A model generated the notes under the pieces. The model saw only the letters and a program-made list of their open reading frames with translations, was not told where the DNA came from and made no database searches. The translations under genes and the position numbers were made by a program. Below, in pieces: positions 47,629-58,364 of a stretch of 64,000 bases of DNA. The DNA lies in NCBI GenBank assembly GCA_035528795.1, contig DATKXY010000046.1, positions 2,499 to 66,498 on the forward strand. Reading direction: 5' to 3'. The stretch comes from an archaeon (GTDB taxonomy: Bacteria; Gemmatimonadota; Glassbacteria; GWA2-58-10). The stretch's first letter is position 1; each line of letters opens with the position of its first letter.

Positions 47629-50181
47629 ATGTCCCGGTTGAATGAGCCTGACTCTCGATCTTCCAGCCGCAGACTGCTCCTCCTGTCCATTTTTGTCGGC
47701 CTGGCTGCCCTGGCTTCTGTTACGGCCACTCTAGATGACCTGGGCGTTACCTGGGATGAGCCATTTTACTACGAGAAATGCCGCGAGCAGCTAGCCTGGC
47801 TCAATCAGGCGTCCCGCGACTTTTCCCAGGGCAACTGGAGCGCACCTTTCAGCCCTGAGGCCTTATCCAGCCACAGCACATTCAGGCCTCTCGAAGAGCG
47901 TATTTATTATACCCACCCGCCGTTTTTCAAAATCTGCAGCGCGCTGACCCTGGTCCTTTTCGAGCATTGGCTGGGACCCATGGGGGCCTACAGGCTGTCC
48001 CCAGCAATTATGTTCAGCCTTCTGGTTGCCCTGTTGTTTTTTACAGTCGGCCGGCGTTACGGGATTCTCGCAGGACTCTGGGCGGCGGCAAGCTTTTCAC
48101 TTATTCCGAGGGTTTTCGGGCATGCTCATCTCGGGGCCAGCGACACGCCGATAACCCTGTTGTGGTTCGCCTCGGCTGTAAGCTTTCACCGGGCGCTCGA
48201 GTCGCGCCGCTGGGCGCCTGTTTTCGCTCTTGTCTACGGTCTGGCCCTGGCCACCAAGTTCACGGCTTTTTTGATTCCGCTGCCCTTGACGATTTATGTT
48301 CTTTTGAGCAGGCGTTTCAAGGAAGCCTCCTGGCCGGTGGGGATCGCCCTTGTGGTCAGTCCCTTGATCATGCTGGGGATGATTCCCCAGTGGTGGCACG
48401 CTCCGCTCGAGGGTTTTTTAAACTTCCTGGAGGGCAGCACTGCCCGCTCAGTATGGGCCTCGATTCCCACTTACTATCTGGGAAAGCAATACTCTTTTAA
48501 TCCGCCCTGGCATCACAGCCTGGTATATACTCTGTTCACGGTGCCGCCCTTAGTGCTGGCGCTTTTTTTCTACGGCCTGTGGCGCACTCTGCGGCGGCCT
48601 TTTACTGACCGGTGGGCCACCCACATGGGACTTCACTGGCTGGTTTTCATGCTTGTGATGATGCTTCCCGGCTCTCCAGGGTATGACGGGGTGCGGTTGT
48701 TTTTGCCTGCTTTTGCGTTCCTGGCTGTCATTTCGGCCAAAGGTTTTTATCATTTTGTCACCCGGGATTTGCCGCCTTTTTTGGACCGGGTACCCTGGCT
48801 CAGCTACAGGGTGAGAGCTTTGTCGGCTCCTCTGGTTCTGGTTGTGATGGTAATCCCTTCATCCGTGGTTCTGGCTCGTCTTCACCCCTATGAGTTGTGC
48901 TATTACAACAGCATAGCTGGAGGGATCTCCGGTGCTCACTCACTCGGAATGGAGACCACTTACTGGCTGGACCCGGTCAATGACAAAGCCTGCCGGTTAA
49001 TCAACGATACCCTGCCGGATTCGGCTGTGGTTTTCACCAGGAACAACAGTCACTTCGTTTTCCTTCAGCGGCTGGGAAAGATCAAGCCCTCGCTGGGATT
49101 CAGCAAATATAGATTCGACCATCTGCTGCAATACTACCGACAGGGTCTGTTCAATGACCAGGACTGGCTGCTCAGCCGCCGGGGTACCCCTCGCGCTGAG
49201 CTTAAAGTCGACGGCGTACGGCTGCTGGCTGTTTATAAATATCCGGAAGACTTGAGAGAGATCCTGGCAGCCCTGGACAGCTCGAAAAGCCCGGAGTCGC
49301 TTTACGAAATGGCGCTGATCTACCAGTTAATGAGTAAGCCTGACTCGAGCATTCTGAGATTAAAAAAACATCTTGAATACAGGCCCCGGGACTTCAAAGC
49401 CAGCATGATGCTGGTTTCAATCTGTCTGGACAATAAACAGCCGGGTGAAGCGCTCGAATACCTCAAGCGGGTGGCCGGAAGCAGGGAAGACCCCCAGTTG
49501 TGGCACCGCAGCATGGGAATGGCTTATGAGCTTTTGGGGAAAAACGAACAGGCGATCGCCTCCTACAGGCAGGCCCTAAGCTATAAGAAATTTGATAGTT
49601 TTGCGCTGACCGGCGTGGCGGATATCTACTTCCGGATTGGAAAGCTCAGGGAATCGGCTGAATATTATGCACTCCTGCTGCGCAACCAGCCTTTTGATGA
49701 AAGAGGGCTCTTTATGCTGGGCATGATCAGCCAGTTGGAGAAAAAGGAAGAGGGAGCGAAAAACTATTATAAAAAGCTTCTGGATGTGAACTCCCGGCAC
49801 AAGGAAGCCCTGGTCAATCTGGGCCTGCTCGAGCGCAGCGCCGGGAGATTAAGCGAGGCCGGGGAACTTTATATCCGGGCTCTCGAGGTGGACAGCACCT
49901 ATATCCCGGCCAATTTCAACCTTGCCTCTTTATTCTTGGAAACAGGCAGGCCGGAACTGGCCGAGAGGCATTTCAAAGCCGTGCTGAGAGAAAATCCGGA
50001 GCAGAGTGATGCTCATCGTGCCCTGGCGCTGCTCTTCCTTGAAGACCCCAGCCGTCAAGCCGAAGCCCTGGAACATTTTCGCATCCTGGCCCGGCTGCTG
50101 CCAAAAGAGGCAAAATCAATCGAGCAAAAGTATATCCAGCCCCTCCAGGCGGAGCTTGCCCATCGGGCCGGAGCGCCCTGA
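47629..50181 (+). CDS. polytopic membrane glycosyltransferase (GT39/GT83-like, PMT/ArnT-type) with C-terminal TPR repeats
   Basis: 850 aa; about 10 TM helices in N-terminal 420 aa, periplasmic-loop acidic motif region, C-terminal TPR-like repeats. Confidence 0.6.
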   Translation: MSRLNEPDSRSSSRRLLLLSIFVGLAALASVTATLDDLGVTWDEPFYYEKCREQLAWLNQASRDFSQGNWSAPFSPEALSSHSTFRPLEERIYYTHPPFFKICSALTLVLFEHWLGPMGAYRLSPAIMFSLLVALLFFTVGRRYGILAGLWAAASFSLIPRVFGHAHLGASDTPITLLWFASAVSFHRALESRRWAPVFALVYGLALATKFTAFLIPLPLTIYVLLSRRFKEASWPVGIALVVSPLIMLGMIPQWWHAPLEGFLNFLEGSTARSVWASIPTYYLGKQYSFNPPWHHSLVYTLFTVPPLVLALFFYGLWRTLRRPFTDRWATHMGLHWLVFMLVMMLPGSPGYDGVRLFLPAFAFLAVISAKGFYHFVTRDLPPFLDRVPWLSYRVRALSAPLVLVVMVIPSSVVLARLHPYELCYYNSIAGGISGAHSLGMETTYWLDPVNDKACRLINDTLPDSAVVFTRNNSHFVFLQRLGKIKPSLGFSKYRFDHLLQYYRQGLFNDQDWLLSRRGTPRAELKVDGVRLLAVYKYPEDLREILAALDSSKSPESLYEMALIYQLMSKPDSSILRLKKHLEYRPRDFKASMMLVSICLDNKQPGEALEYLKRVAGSREDPQLWHRSMGMAYELLGKNEQAIASYRQALSYKKFDSFALTGVADIYFRIGKLRESAEYYALLLRNQPFDERGLFMLGMISQLEKKEEGAKNYYKKLLDVNSRHKEALVNLGLLERSAGRLSEAGELYIRALEVDSTYIPANFNLASLFLETGRPELAERHFKAVLRENPEQSDAHRALALLFLEDPSRQAEALEHFRILARLLPKEAKSIEQKYIQPLQAELAHRAGAP

Positions 50182-50208
50182 GCAACTCCCGGTTCTGCCT
50201 TTTCTGCA

Positions 50209-50250
50209 CCGGACAGGCCTGTTCCGGAACTCCAGGGAACCTGGTTTTTA
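50209..50250 (+). terminator. rho-independent terminator (tandem hairpins plus T-run) between convergent genes
   Basis: CCGGACAGG/CCTGTTCCGG hairpin, then CCAGG-gaa-CCTGG followed by TTTTT (50245-50249). Confidence 0.45.
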
Positions 50251-50288
50251 TTCGGGTTATCTCACACTGTTGACCAGACTTTGAGCAT

Positions 50289-51290
50289 TCAGGCCAGATC
50301 CCGGTGGCCGGCCATGAAGTTGAAGAAAGAGGTCCGGATTTCTTCCTGGGCCTTTGCCTTTATCTTTTGCATCTCCTCCTTGCCGAGCGGCTTGAAATTC
50401 CTTACCACCTCGAGGTTCATCGGCAGGTGCTCGCTCTTGGGCATGCCGACCGTGGCGCTGGTGACAGGGAGGCTCAGGACATAGCGCAGGCAGGTGGCAT
50501 AGTCGAAATCAGGGTACTTACCCACTATCTCATCCTGGCCCATCACTTTCATGGCGATAATGCCCAGGTTCTGCTCCAGGGCCACCGGGAGGGCCACCTC
50601 CTCGAATCCCATGTCCCGCATCCCGCCGGTAGCCACGTTCAGGGCCATCTGGACAGCATCCACCGGGTAGCGGCGCAGGAATTTGACCGCAACATGGCTG
50701 TTCGTGTGGCTTGAGATCCCGATCCAGCGGGTGAGCTTTTGCTCTTTTGCCTTGTAAAGCAGCTCTACCGCTCCGCCCTTGACTTCCATGGCCTCCAGGT
50801 CACTGTCATCACCCAATGAATGCAGAAAGAGCGTGTCCACGTAGTCGACATTCAGCCGCTTGAGCGAGATTTCAAGATTCTTCCACCACTGATCCTTGTC
50901 CCTGGTCTGGATCTTGGTCTGGATAAGAACCTCCTTTCGCCGCGCCGGCATCAGCCGTCCGATCCGCTCCTCGCTCTTGCCGTCACCGTAAGTATGGGCG
51001 GAGTCCAGATAAATGATCCCACTGTCAATGGCGGCATTGAGAATCTTCTCGGCAGATTCGTCATCGTGCATCATCAAGCGGCTGCCGCAGCCGAAAGTGA
51101 GAATCGGCAGCTTGACCCCGGTCTTGCCGAAAATTCTTTTGGGAAGCGGCGAGGATGGAACCGGGTGGAACCTGTCCTTTTCGGCCAGGAGCGAACCTGG
51201 CGCCAGGGAGACCGCCACTGTCGCAGCGGCGCTCCGGGCGATAAACTCCCTGCGGTTAAGAGCCTGCCTGGTACCTTTTTTCGAACTCAT
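50289..51290 (-). CDS. Tat-secreted aldo/keto reductase family oxidoreductase
   Basis: twin-arginine signal (NRREFIARSAAATVA); AKR core IYLDSAHTYGDGKSEERIG. Confidence 0.8.
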   Translation of the reverse strand: MSSKKGTRQALNRREFIARSAAATVAVSLAPGSLLAEKDRFHPVPSSPLPKRIFGKTGVKLPILTFGCGSRLMMHDDESAEKILNAAIDSGIIYLDSAHTYGDGKSEERIGRLMPARRKEVLIQTKIQTRDKDQWWKNLEISLKRLNVDYVDTLFLHSLGDDSDLEAMEVKGGAVELLYKAKEQKLTRWIGISSHTNSHVAVKFLRRYPVDAVQMALNVATGGMRDMGFEEVALPVALEQNLGIIAMKVMGQDEIVGKYPDFDYATCLRYVLSLPVTSATVGMPKSEHLPMNLEVVRNFKPLGKEEMQKIKAKAQEEIRTSFFNFMAGHRDLA

Positions 51291-51804
51291 TTTACCTCCA
51301 GAGCTTGGAATTCAAATCTCCCGGCCAATGAATTTATTATCGGTCAGCCGGCTATGGGGCAATCATTTCAGATACTCAAGTTGTCGAGCCGGGTCAATGC
51401 GGTCCTTTATAAATTCGAGAAACTGCGGCTGCCCGGGCTGAGCAAATGCTTCCGGAAAAAGTTTCCGCTTCTGTATCGAAATCCAGATCAGCGCGGATCA
51501 TATCCCCTTCTTTTGCTCCCGCTCGATTTATATTATGTTAAAATTAGTCAATCACGCAAGCTGTCATAATTTTACAATTCGCTCTTAGTTGAATTCTACA
51601 ATTAATTTGTTTTCTTTTTCTGTCTCAAGATTGAATAACCGTTCTCAACCGGATGATTTTTGAGAAAAAACTATACAACATAATTATTAAGCATTTTAAG
51701 AATAGATGACAATCTCATTCTATAGAAAATGTCTTTTTTATTTACTCACACCGGGTTATAGTCAAGTTATTGCTGAAACAGGCCGATATTAGAGTCAGGG
51801 TACT

Positions 51805-52188
51805 GTGCTCTACACTCGCCCAAGGAGATTATTTGTCTTCAAACCGGGGAAAAAATTGATTTTCCAAAGATCCAAGCCCTCCCTTGGCAGGAGCACAAAA
51901 AAACGCGGCTTTTTTAGCTTCCTGCTGGCTTTACTCATCTCAATATTCCTGTTCAGCGGCTGCGCCGGAGGCAGCCTTCTGCATCCCAGACCGCTTATCG
52001 GCAAGGACCGGCTTGTTTTCCGCATTGATGACACCGGCCAGGGTGCCACCTATTACACCCGCAATCTCTGGTTCGACGGCGACAACTACCGCTTCAGGGA
52101 TTCATACGGCATAGAAAGGCTGATCGCGAGGTCCGACGACATTAAGGTGAACCTGATCAGCACTTATGAGTACTACGAGATTAAATAA
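51805..52188 (+). CDS. small lipoprotein
   Basis: lipobox LFSGC after hydrophobic stretch; 127 aa. Confidence 0.4.
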   Translation: MLYTRPRRLFVFKPGKKLIFQRSKPSLGRSTKKRGFFSFLLALLISIFLFSGCAGGSLLHPRPLIGKDRLVFRIDDTGQGATYYTRNLWFDGDNYRFRDSYGIERLIARSDDIKVNLISTYEYYEIK

Positions 52189-52284
52189 GCTTTTATTGCC
52201 CGATTCCAAGCCGGTCCCATTTCACTCCTGATTCCTGATCTTTTCAGGTATATAATAACAGACACCCAGAGCAAAGAGTATTTC

Positions 52285-53180
52285 TCAACCGAGCCGTTTT
52301 CTTTTTTCCAGGAAAGAGAAAAGGGCTTTGTCGAACGGGGTTTCTGTCGAGATAAGCTGGTAATCGATGAGGGATTCACGGCAGCGTTTTCTGAGCTCGG
52401 CGATCATCCTCTGCATCCGGCTGTCATAGGCAGGTTTGATTTCCCAGGAGTTGGCCTGCAGCATCTCCCCTGTTTCCATGTCATGATAGATCAGTTCTCC
52501 GCGGCCTGCCAGGCTTATTTCCGTGGGATCGAGGATCTGAAAGACAATCACCTCGTGCTTATGGTGGGTGAAGTACTTCAGGGAGCGCAGGGTGTCCTCG
52601 GCCCGGGTGAGAAGATCCGAGAGCACCACGATCAGCCCCCGCCTGTGAATGCGTTCGGCAAGCTCGCGGAAAATAGGCAGGGGTTTTGTCAACCCGTCAC
52701 AGCTAAGTGTCTGGAGCGCGCCAGTGAGGACTTTCATCTGGCTCATTCTGGCCCGGGGAGGGATGTACTTGCGCAAGGTGTCGCTGTAAAGAGCCAAGCC
52801 CACCCCGTCTCTCTGCCGCAACAGAAGGTAGCTCAGGCTTGCCGCCAGGAGCACTGCATAGCGGTCTTTGGACAGAGTGCCTGCCTGGTTGTAAGCCATT
52901 GAGCGGCTGGCGTCAATCAGCAGGTAGGCTTTCAGGTTGGTCTCTTCCTCGAACTGCTTGATATAGTAGCGGTCGGTTTTAGCGTAGAGCTTCCAGTCGA
53001 TATTCTTAAGCTCGTCCCCTGGCATATAGGGACGGTGGTCTGTGAATTCTACGCTGAATCCGTGGTATGGAGAGCGGTGAAGGCCGGTAATGAATCCTTC
53101 CACCACGAGGCGGGCGATAAGTTCGAGGTTGCCGAGGCGCGAGACAACCTTGGGATCGAGCATCTGTTTGTCCTGCGGGT

Positions 53181-53184
<4 letters not shown>
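52285..53184 (-). CDS. DUF58-domain protein (MoxR-associated)
   Basis: DUF58 core DELKNIDWKLYAKTDRYYIKQFEEE...LLIDASRSM; overlaps MoxR gene by 4 nt. Confidence 0.75.
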
Positions 53185-54191
<1,007 letters not shown>

Positions 54192-54377
54192 TTTAAACTC
54201 CTTTTCACGTAAACTTATTTTCCAATACTGACAGAAGAAAATGAAAATTAAACTCCGGCATCTTGAAAATCAAGTTTTGACAATCGAGTACGGTTCTCTC
54301 CCAAGAAAAAAGGGCTTGCTCATATGCATCCAAGCCCTTTTTGCAAAAGGTTGCCGGCCTGTTCCCAAGTACACCAT

Positions 54378-55919
54378 TTAAATAGTCGAGCGGGCGGCTT
54401 GAGAACCTTGTTTTTTCCCGATTTCATGGGCCCTGGTCAGGTTAAAAATGTGGTTGCGCACCCTACGCAGGGCGCGCCAGCCATAGCTAAAAAGAAACTG
54501 CCAGTCCCGCTTGCGCCCGGAGAAAAGGAAAGCGAGCTGTCGGGCCAGGAATCTGGGGTGAAAAGCGACCCCATACATCTCGCGGATCGACTTGTAGTAC
54601 TCCTCGTGCGGGATCGGTGTCTTGACAATCAGCTTGCTCATATCGAAATCGTCGTAGTCCTCTGTGAGCAAGACACCGTTTTCGATGCATTCCAGATGGT
54701 AGGGCGTGAAATCGAGCGGCGTGCAGATAGTGACCTGAAGGGTCCGGGCGAGCCCCTTGAACATTATCTCGCGGGCCATCCGCACTGTCTGATCCAGCAT
54801 CTCCCTGGTCTGCCAGTAGTAGCCCACCATGATAGTGAGATGTGGGTGCAGCCCATACCTGGTGTACCACTCGAGGTTCGGGATGATATGCTTCGCCAGA
54901 TAGCCCTTGTTGAGCCGCCGCAGGGTGTAATCCTCTGCCGCCTCCAGCCCCACCAGGGCGAAGCGGAAGTTCGCTTTGCCCATAAGCTTTATCGTTTCCT
55001 CATCCAGATAGGCAAAGCGGGTATTGAACCCGAAATAGACTCCTCTCTTGTGCAGGCCCCGGTCGATTACGCCCTGGGCGAACTCCCTGGCCTGCTTGCC
55101 CCGGTACCAGACCCCCGAATCATCGAAAATCTCTTTCACCCCGTAGTCCTCGATCAGCCTCTGGTATTCATCCAGGCTTTTCCCGACCGAGCGGATGGAA
55201 AAAGTGAGGTCCGGACCATTGTAGCGGCAGAATGTGCACTTGCCGAACATGCAGTCGCGGATCACGCTGGTGGCATAGGTGCCCGGTGTCTGAAGGAAGT
55301 TGCCGTTTTCATAGGCGTAGTTTTTCCACTGCACCAGGTCGCGGTCCACATCCGGGGAATCATCCAGGGGCTCGACCTGCTTGAAATTCCCGGTACTGCG
55401 CAGCTCGCTGTTCCCGGTCCTGATCCAGAGGCCCTCGATATCGCAGGTTTCGCGCCAATTGTCGTGCTGATCGATATAAGGCACGAGCCGCTTGAGGACA
55501 AAGTCGATATGGTTGCTGCGCAGGACTATGTCGCAACTTGACTCCTTCAGGGTCTCCTCGGGCCGGCGCATGGAATGGAAGCCTGTCATTACTACGATGC
55601 AGGCAGGCAGATCGCTTTTGAGCTTATTGATCAGCCGCCAGTAGAATTTCATCACCGGCGTAGTGCTTTCGAAAACCACCAGGTCCGGCTTCCAGGCAAC
55701 GAGGTCCAAGTACCACTTTTCGAAAGTTTTCAACTGGGCGTTGCCGTCATCCCAGTATATCTCGTATCCGAGGTCGCGGAGCCAGGTCGCCGCCTGGGCG
55801 TGAATCACAGGCAGAAGGTAGGTCGGCGTCTTGAAATACTGGACATTGCGGTTCTGGCTCACCATGGCCACCTGACCGAGCTCGTTCACGATCGGAGGAT
55901 ATGAGATGGCTATTTTCAT
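54378..55919 (-). CDS. B12-binding-domain radical SAM enzyme (class B radical SAM)
   Basis: N-terminal cobalamin-binding-like domain, radical SAM Cys cluster CMFGKCTFC; 513 aa. Confidence 0.7.
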   Translation of the reverse strand: MKIAISYPPIVNELGQVAMVSQNRNVQYFKTPTYLLPVIHAQAATWLRDLGYEIYWDDGNAQLKTFEKWYLDLVAWKPDLVVFESTTPVMKFYWRLINKLKSDLPACIVVMTGFHSMRRPEETLKESSCDIVLRSNHIDFVLKRLVPYIDQHDNWRETCDIEGLWIRTGNSELRSTGNFKQVEPLDDSPDVDRDLVQWKNYAYENGNFLQTPGTYATSVIRDCMFGKCTFCRYNGPDLTFSIRSVGKSLDEYQRLIEDYGVKEIFDDSGVWYRGKQAREFAQGVIDRGLHKRGVYFGFNTRFAYLDEETIKLMGKANFRFALVGLEAAEDYTLRRLNKGYLAKHIIPNLEWYTRYGLHPHLTIMVGYYWQTREMLDQTVRMAREIMFKGLARTLQVTICTPLDFTPYHLECIENGVLLTEDYDDFDMSKLIVKTPIPHEEYYKSIREMYGVAFHPRFLARQLAFLFSGRKRDWQFLFSYGWRALRRVRNHIFNLTRAHEIGKKQGSQAARSTI

Positions 55920-56218
55920 CCGGTGTCTCCCTCTTGTTCATTATCTGCGGCCTTTTCTTAACTCACCTGAATATAACCTGTTATGCCTGTTTAAAAAAGG
56001 GTCTTGGGGGTCCGGTCGAAAGCGCCGTCTGGCTGGCGCGAGGTTTGCGGCGAGACCCGTTCTAAAACTTTTTTATGAAAGGCTGTTCGGAATCCGATTT
56101 ATGAATTTGATGCCACACTTTCACTCACACCCACATAGAGGGCACGGCATGCCGTGCCCCTACGCCTGGTGTCAGCGGCAAGCAACCCCGAAGCAGAGCT
56201 TCGAGGAATTCTTCTCGA

Positions 56219-56914
56219 TTAAAAGAACACTTCTGTGAACAGGTGGTCTGAGTCTATGCCCTGGCTGCGCAGGATCCCGAACGCCTCCTCGACCATCCTG
56301 CTGCCACCGCAGATATAACAAATGGTTCCCAGCTCGACCGGATTGGCTTTCAGGTAACCGGTGACCCTTCCACGGAAATCCCCGCCCTCTTCGAGCGAGA
56401 CACAGGATCTGTAGCGCCCTTTTTCGTAGGCATCCATGTCATAGCGCTCATCAAGCCGCCGCACTCCGTGAAGCAGCTTATAGTCCAGGCCCGGACAGCT
56501 CCGCACGAACCCATGGAAAGGAGCGATACCCACGCCTGTGGCCACGAAAAGGTATTTCCTCGATTTGTCCTCTTCCTTTCGAAGGATAAACCTGCCGTAA
56601 GGCCCGTCCAGCTCAACTGGGTCTCCAGGGCGGCACTCTTTCAAAGAGCCTGAGACCCGCCCGCCTTCTACCTCCTTGATCAAGAACTCGAAATAAGGGT
56701 CGCGGCTGCCGGAATAAAGCGAATACTCACGGTTCAGTCCGCTGCCTGCCACACCCACAGTGCAGCACTGGCCGGCCTTGGCAGGAACGCCGTGGCGGTC
56801 CACCCGGAGGACAAATACCGAGTCGGTCAGGTGGCGGATCGACTGCACCAGATGTTTCTTTTCCTTGTTACCCCGGTCTGAGCCCGAGCTTTTTTCTTTG
56901 ATCGGACTGTCCAA
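56219..56914 (-). CDS. ferredoxin-NADP reductase-like FAD/NAD(P)-binding oxidoreductase
   Basis: RxYS FAD motif (REYSLYS), GTGIAPF-like NAD(P) motif (ATGVGIAPF); 231 aa. Confidence 0.7.
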   Translation of the reverse strand: MDSPIKEKSSGSDRGNKEKKHLVQSIRHLTDSVFVLRVDRHGVPAKAGQCCTVGVAGSGLNREYSLYSGSRDPYFEFLIKEVEGGRVSGSLKECRPGDPVELDGPYGRFILRKEEDKSRKYLFVATGVGIAPFHGFVRSCPGLDYKLLHGVRRLDERYDMDAYEKGRYRSCVSLEEGGDFRGRVTGYLKANPVELGTICYICGGSRMVEEAFGILRSQGIDSDHLFTEVFF

Positions 56915-57106
56915 AAAGCCCCTTTATTTTTCTATTTCTTTTATAATATTTCAACCGACCGGCCCGCGAAATCGCTCGGCCAATCTCCTTGAAAAAAAAT
57001 CAGCAGGGATGCACACCAGCCCCGCTGATAAAGGAAGCTCTGGCCTGTTTCAGATTACCGGCCCTGGATTAAACTGATACATACTCCGCGAACAGTAAAA
57101 ATATAA

Positions 57107-57958
57107 TCAAGCCTGGGCTTTCATCCTGTTTTCCAGCCTCCCCAGGCCTTCAATTTCCACACTCACCAGGTCTCCACCCTTTAGAAAAACCGCCGGTTTT
57201 CTTCCCATGCCCACTCCGGAGGGGGTTCCTGTAAGGAGCAGATCTCCGGGAACCAGTGTCATGGTGGCAGAGAGATAGCTGACAAGCTCGGCCACCGGGA
57301 AAACCATCTGGCCGGTGTTCGAATTCTGCATCTCTTTTCCGTTCAGGGTCAGCCGGATCGAAAGGTTCTGCGGATCGGAGATCTCATCCGCGGTGACAAT
57401 CACCGGGCCCACAGGGCAGAACGAATCCGGGCTCTTCGCCCTGGTCCACTGGCCGTCTTGCGCCTGGGCATCGCGCATGGTGAGATCATTGGCGCAGGTA
57501 TAGCCGAAAACAGCCGACAGCGCCTCCTTGGGGCCAATGTTTTTGCATTTTCTGCCGATCACCACTGCAAGCTCAGCCTCGTAGTCGACCTTGCCGGACA
57601 CAGAAGGCAGCTCGATCTGGGCGCCGGGCCCGGCGAGGGCGTTCCTGTATTTGGCAAAAAGGACCGGGCGGTCCGGCAGGGGCGAGCCGAACTCGCGGCA
57701 GTGGTCCGCATAGTTCTTGCCAATGCACATGATCTTCTCAGGCCGCGTAAGAGGCGCAAGCAGTCTGTCAGGCTCAGTACCCGGCGGCTCGCTTCGGATG
57801 ATACTCTTGATTTCTCTCAAGACCTCCTCGCCTCCCTCGATAATCTGCTCGAGATCCCGCCACCCGAAACCGTGAGGCGCGAGATCGATATATCTCTCCT
57901 CGTCCAGAACCACAGCCGGGTGGGCGCTTCCATTGACTTCGATCATGGCCAGTTTCAT
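57107..57958 (-). CDS. fumarylacetoacetate hydrolase (FAH) family protein
   Basis: KIMCIGKNYADH and metal-binding E/D pattern of FAH-family hydratases/decarboxylases; 283 aa. Confidence 0.8.
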   Translation of the reverse strand: MKLAMIEVNGSAHPAVVLDEERYIDLAPHGFGWRDLEQIIEGGEEVLREIKSIIRSEPPGTEPDRLLAPLTRPEKIMCIGKNYADHCREFGSPLPDRPVLFAKYRNALAGPGAQIELPSVSGKVDYEAELAVVIGRKCKNIGPKEALSAVFGYTCANDLTMRDAQAQDGQWTRAKSPDSFCPVGPVIVTADEISDPQNLSIRLTLNGKEMQNSNTGQMVFPVAELVSYLSATMTLVPGDLLLTGTPSGVGMGRKPAVFLKGGDLVSVEIEGLGRLENRMKAQA

Positions 57959-58364
57959 CCGTTATTCTCCTCTTAATTGGCTTACCGGGCCCGATTTGAT
58001 GCTGAATTTTTATCAAATAACCTTTAGCTGATACCCCTCGAAAGTCAAGCCTTTTTCAAAAATCACAGCACAGTCTCGTTGACAAAGACCGGATACAGGT
58101 TTAATCATTTATCTTAAACCTTTGAATTTTTGACCTGAATTATCCTCAAACTGATCTCTGCTCCAGACCATTATGAACAAACTACAACCAGAAGTTTTTT
58201 TGGTAACCATTTAGCCGGGATTATTCGCAAATTTGCCTGATGATTTGCTTAAGATATTTTCGGTTTTCACGTTAACTGAATCTCTTTTAAAATCCCCCTC
58301 AAGCGGAATTTTATGAATGATCCAGTCCAATTCCCTTGAATTCTTTCGGCAAAAGGAGCACAAG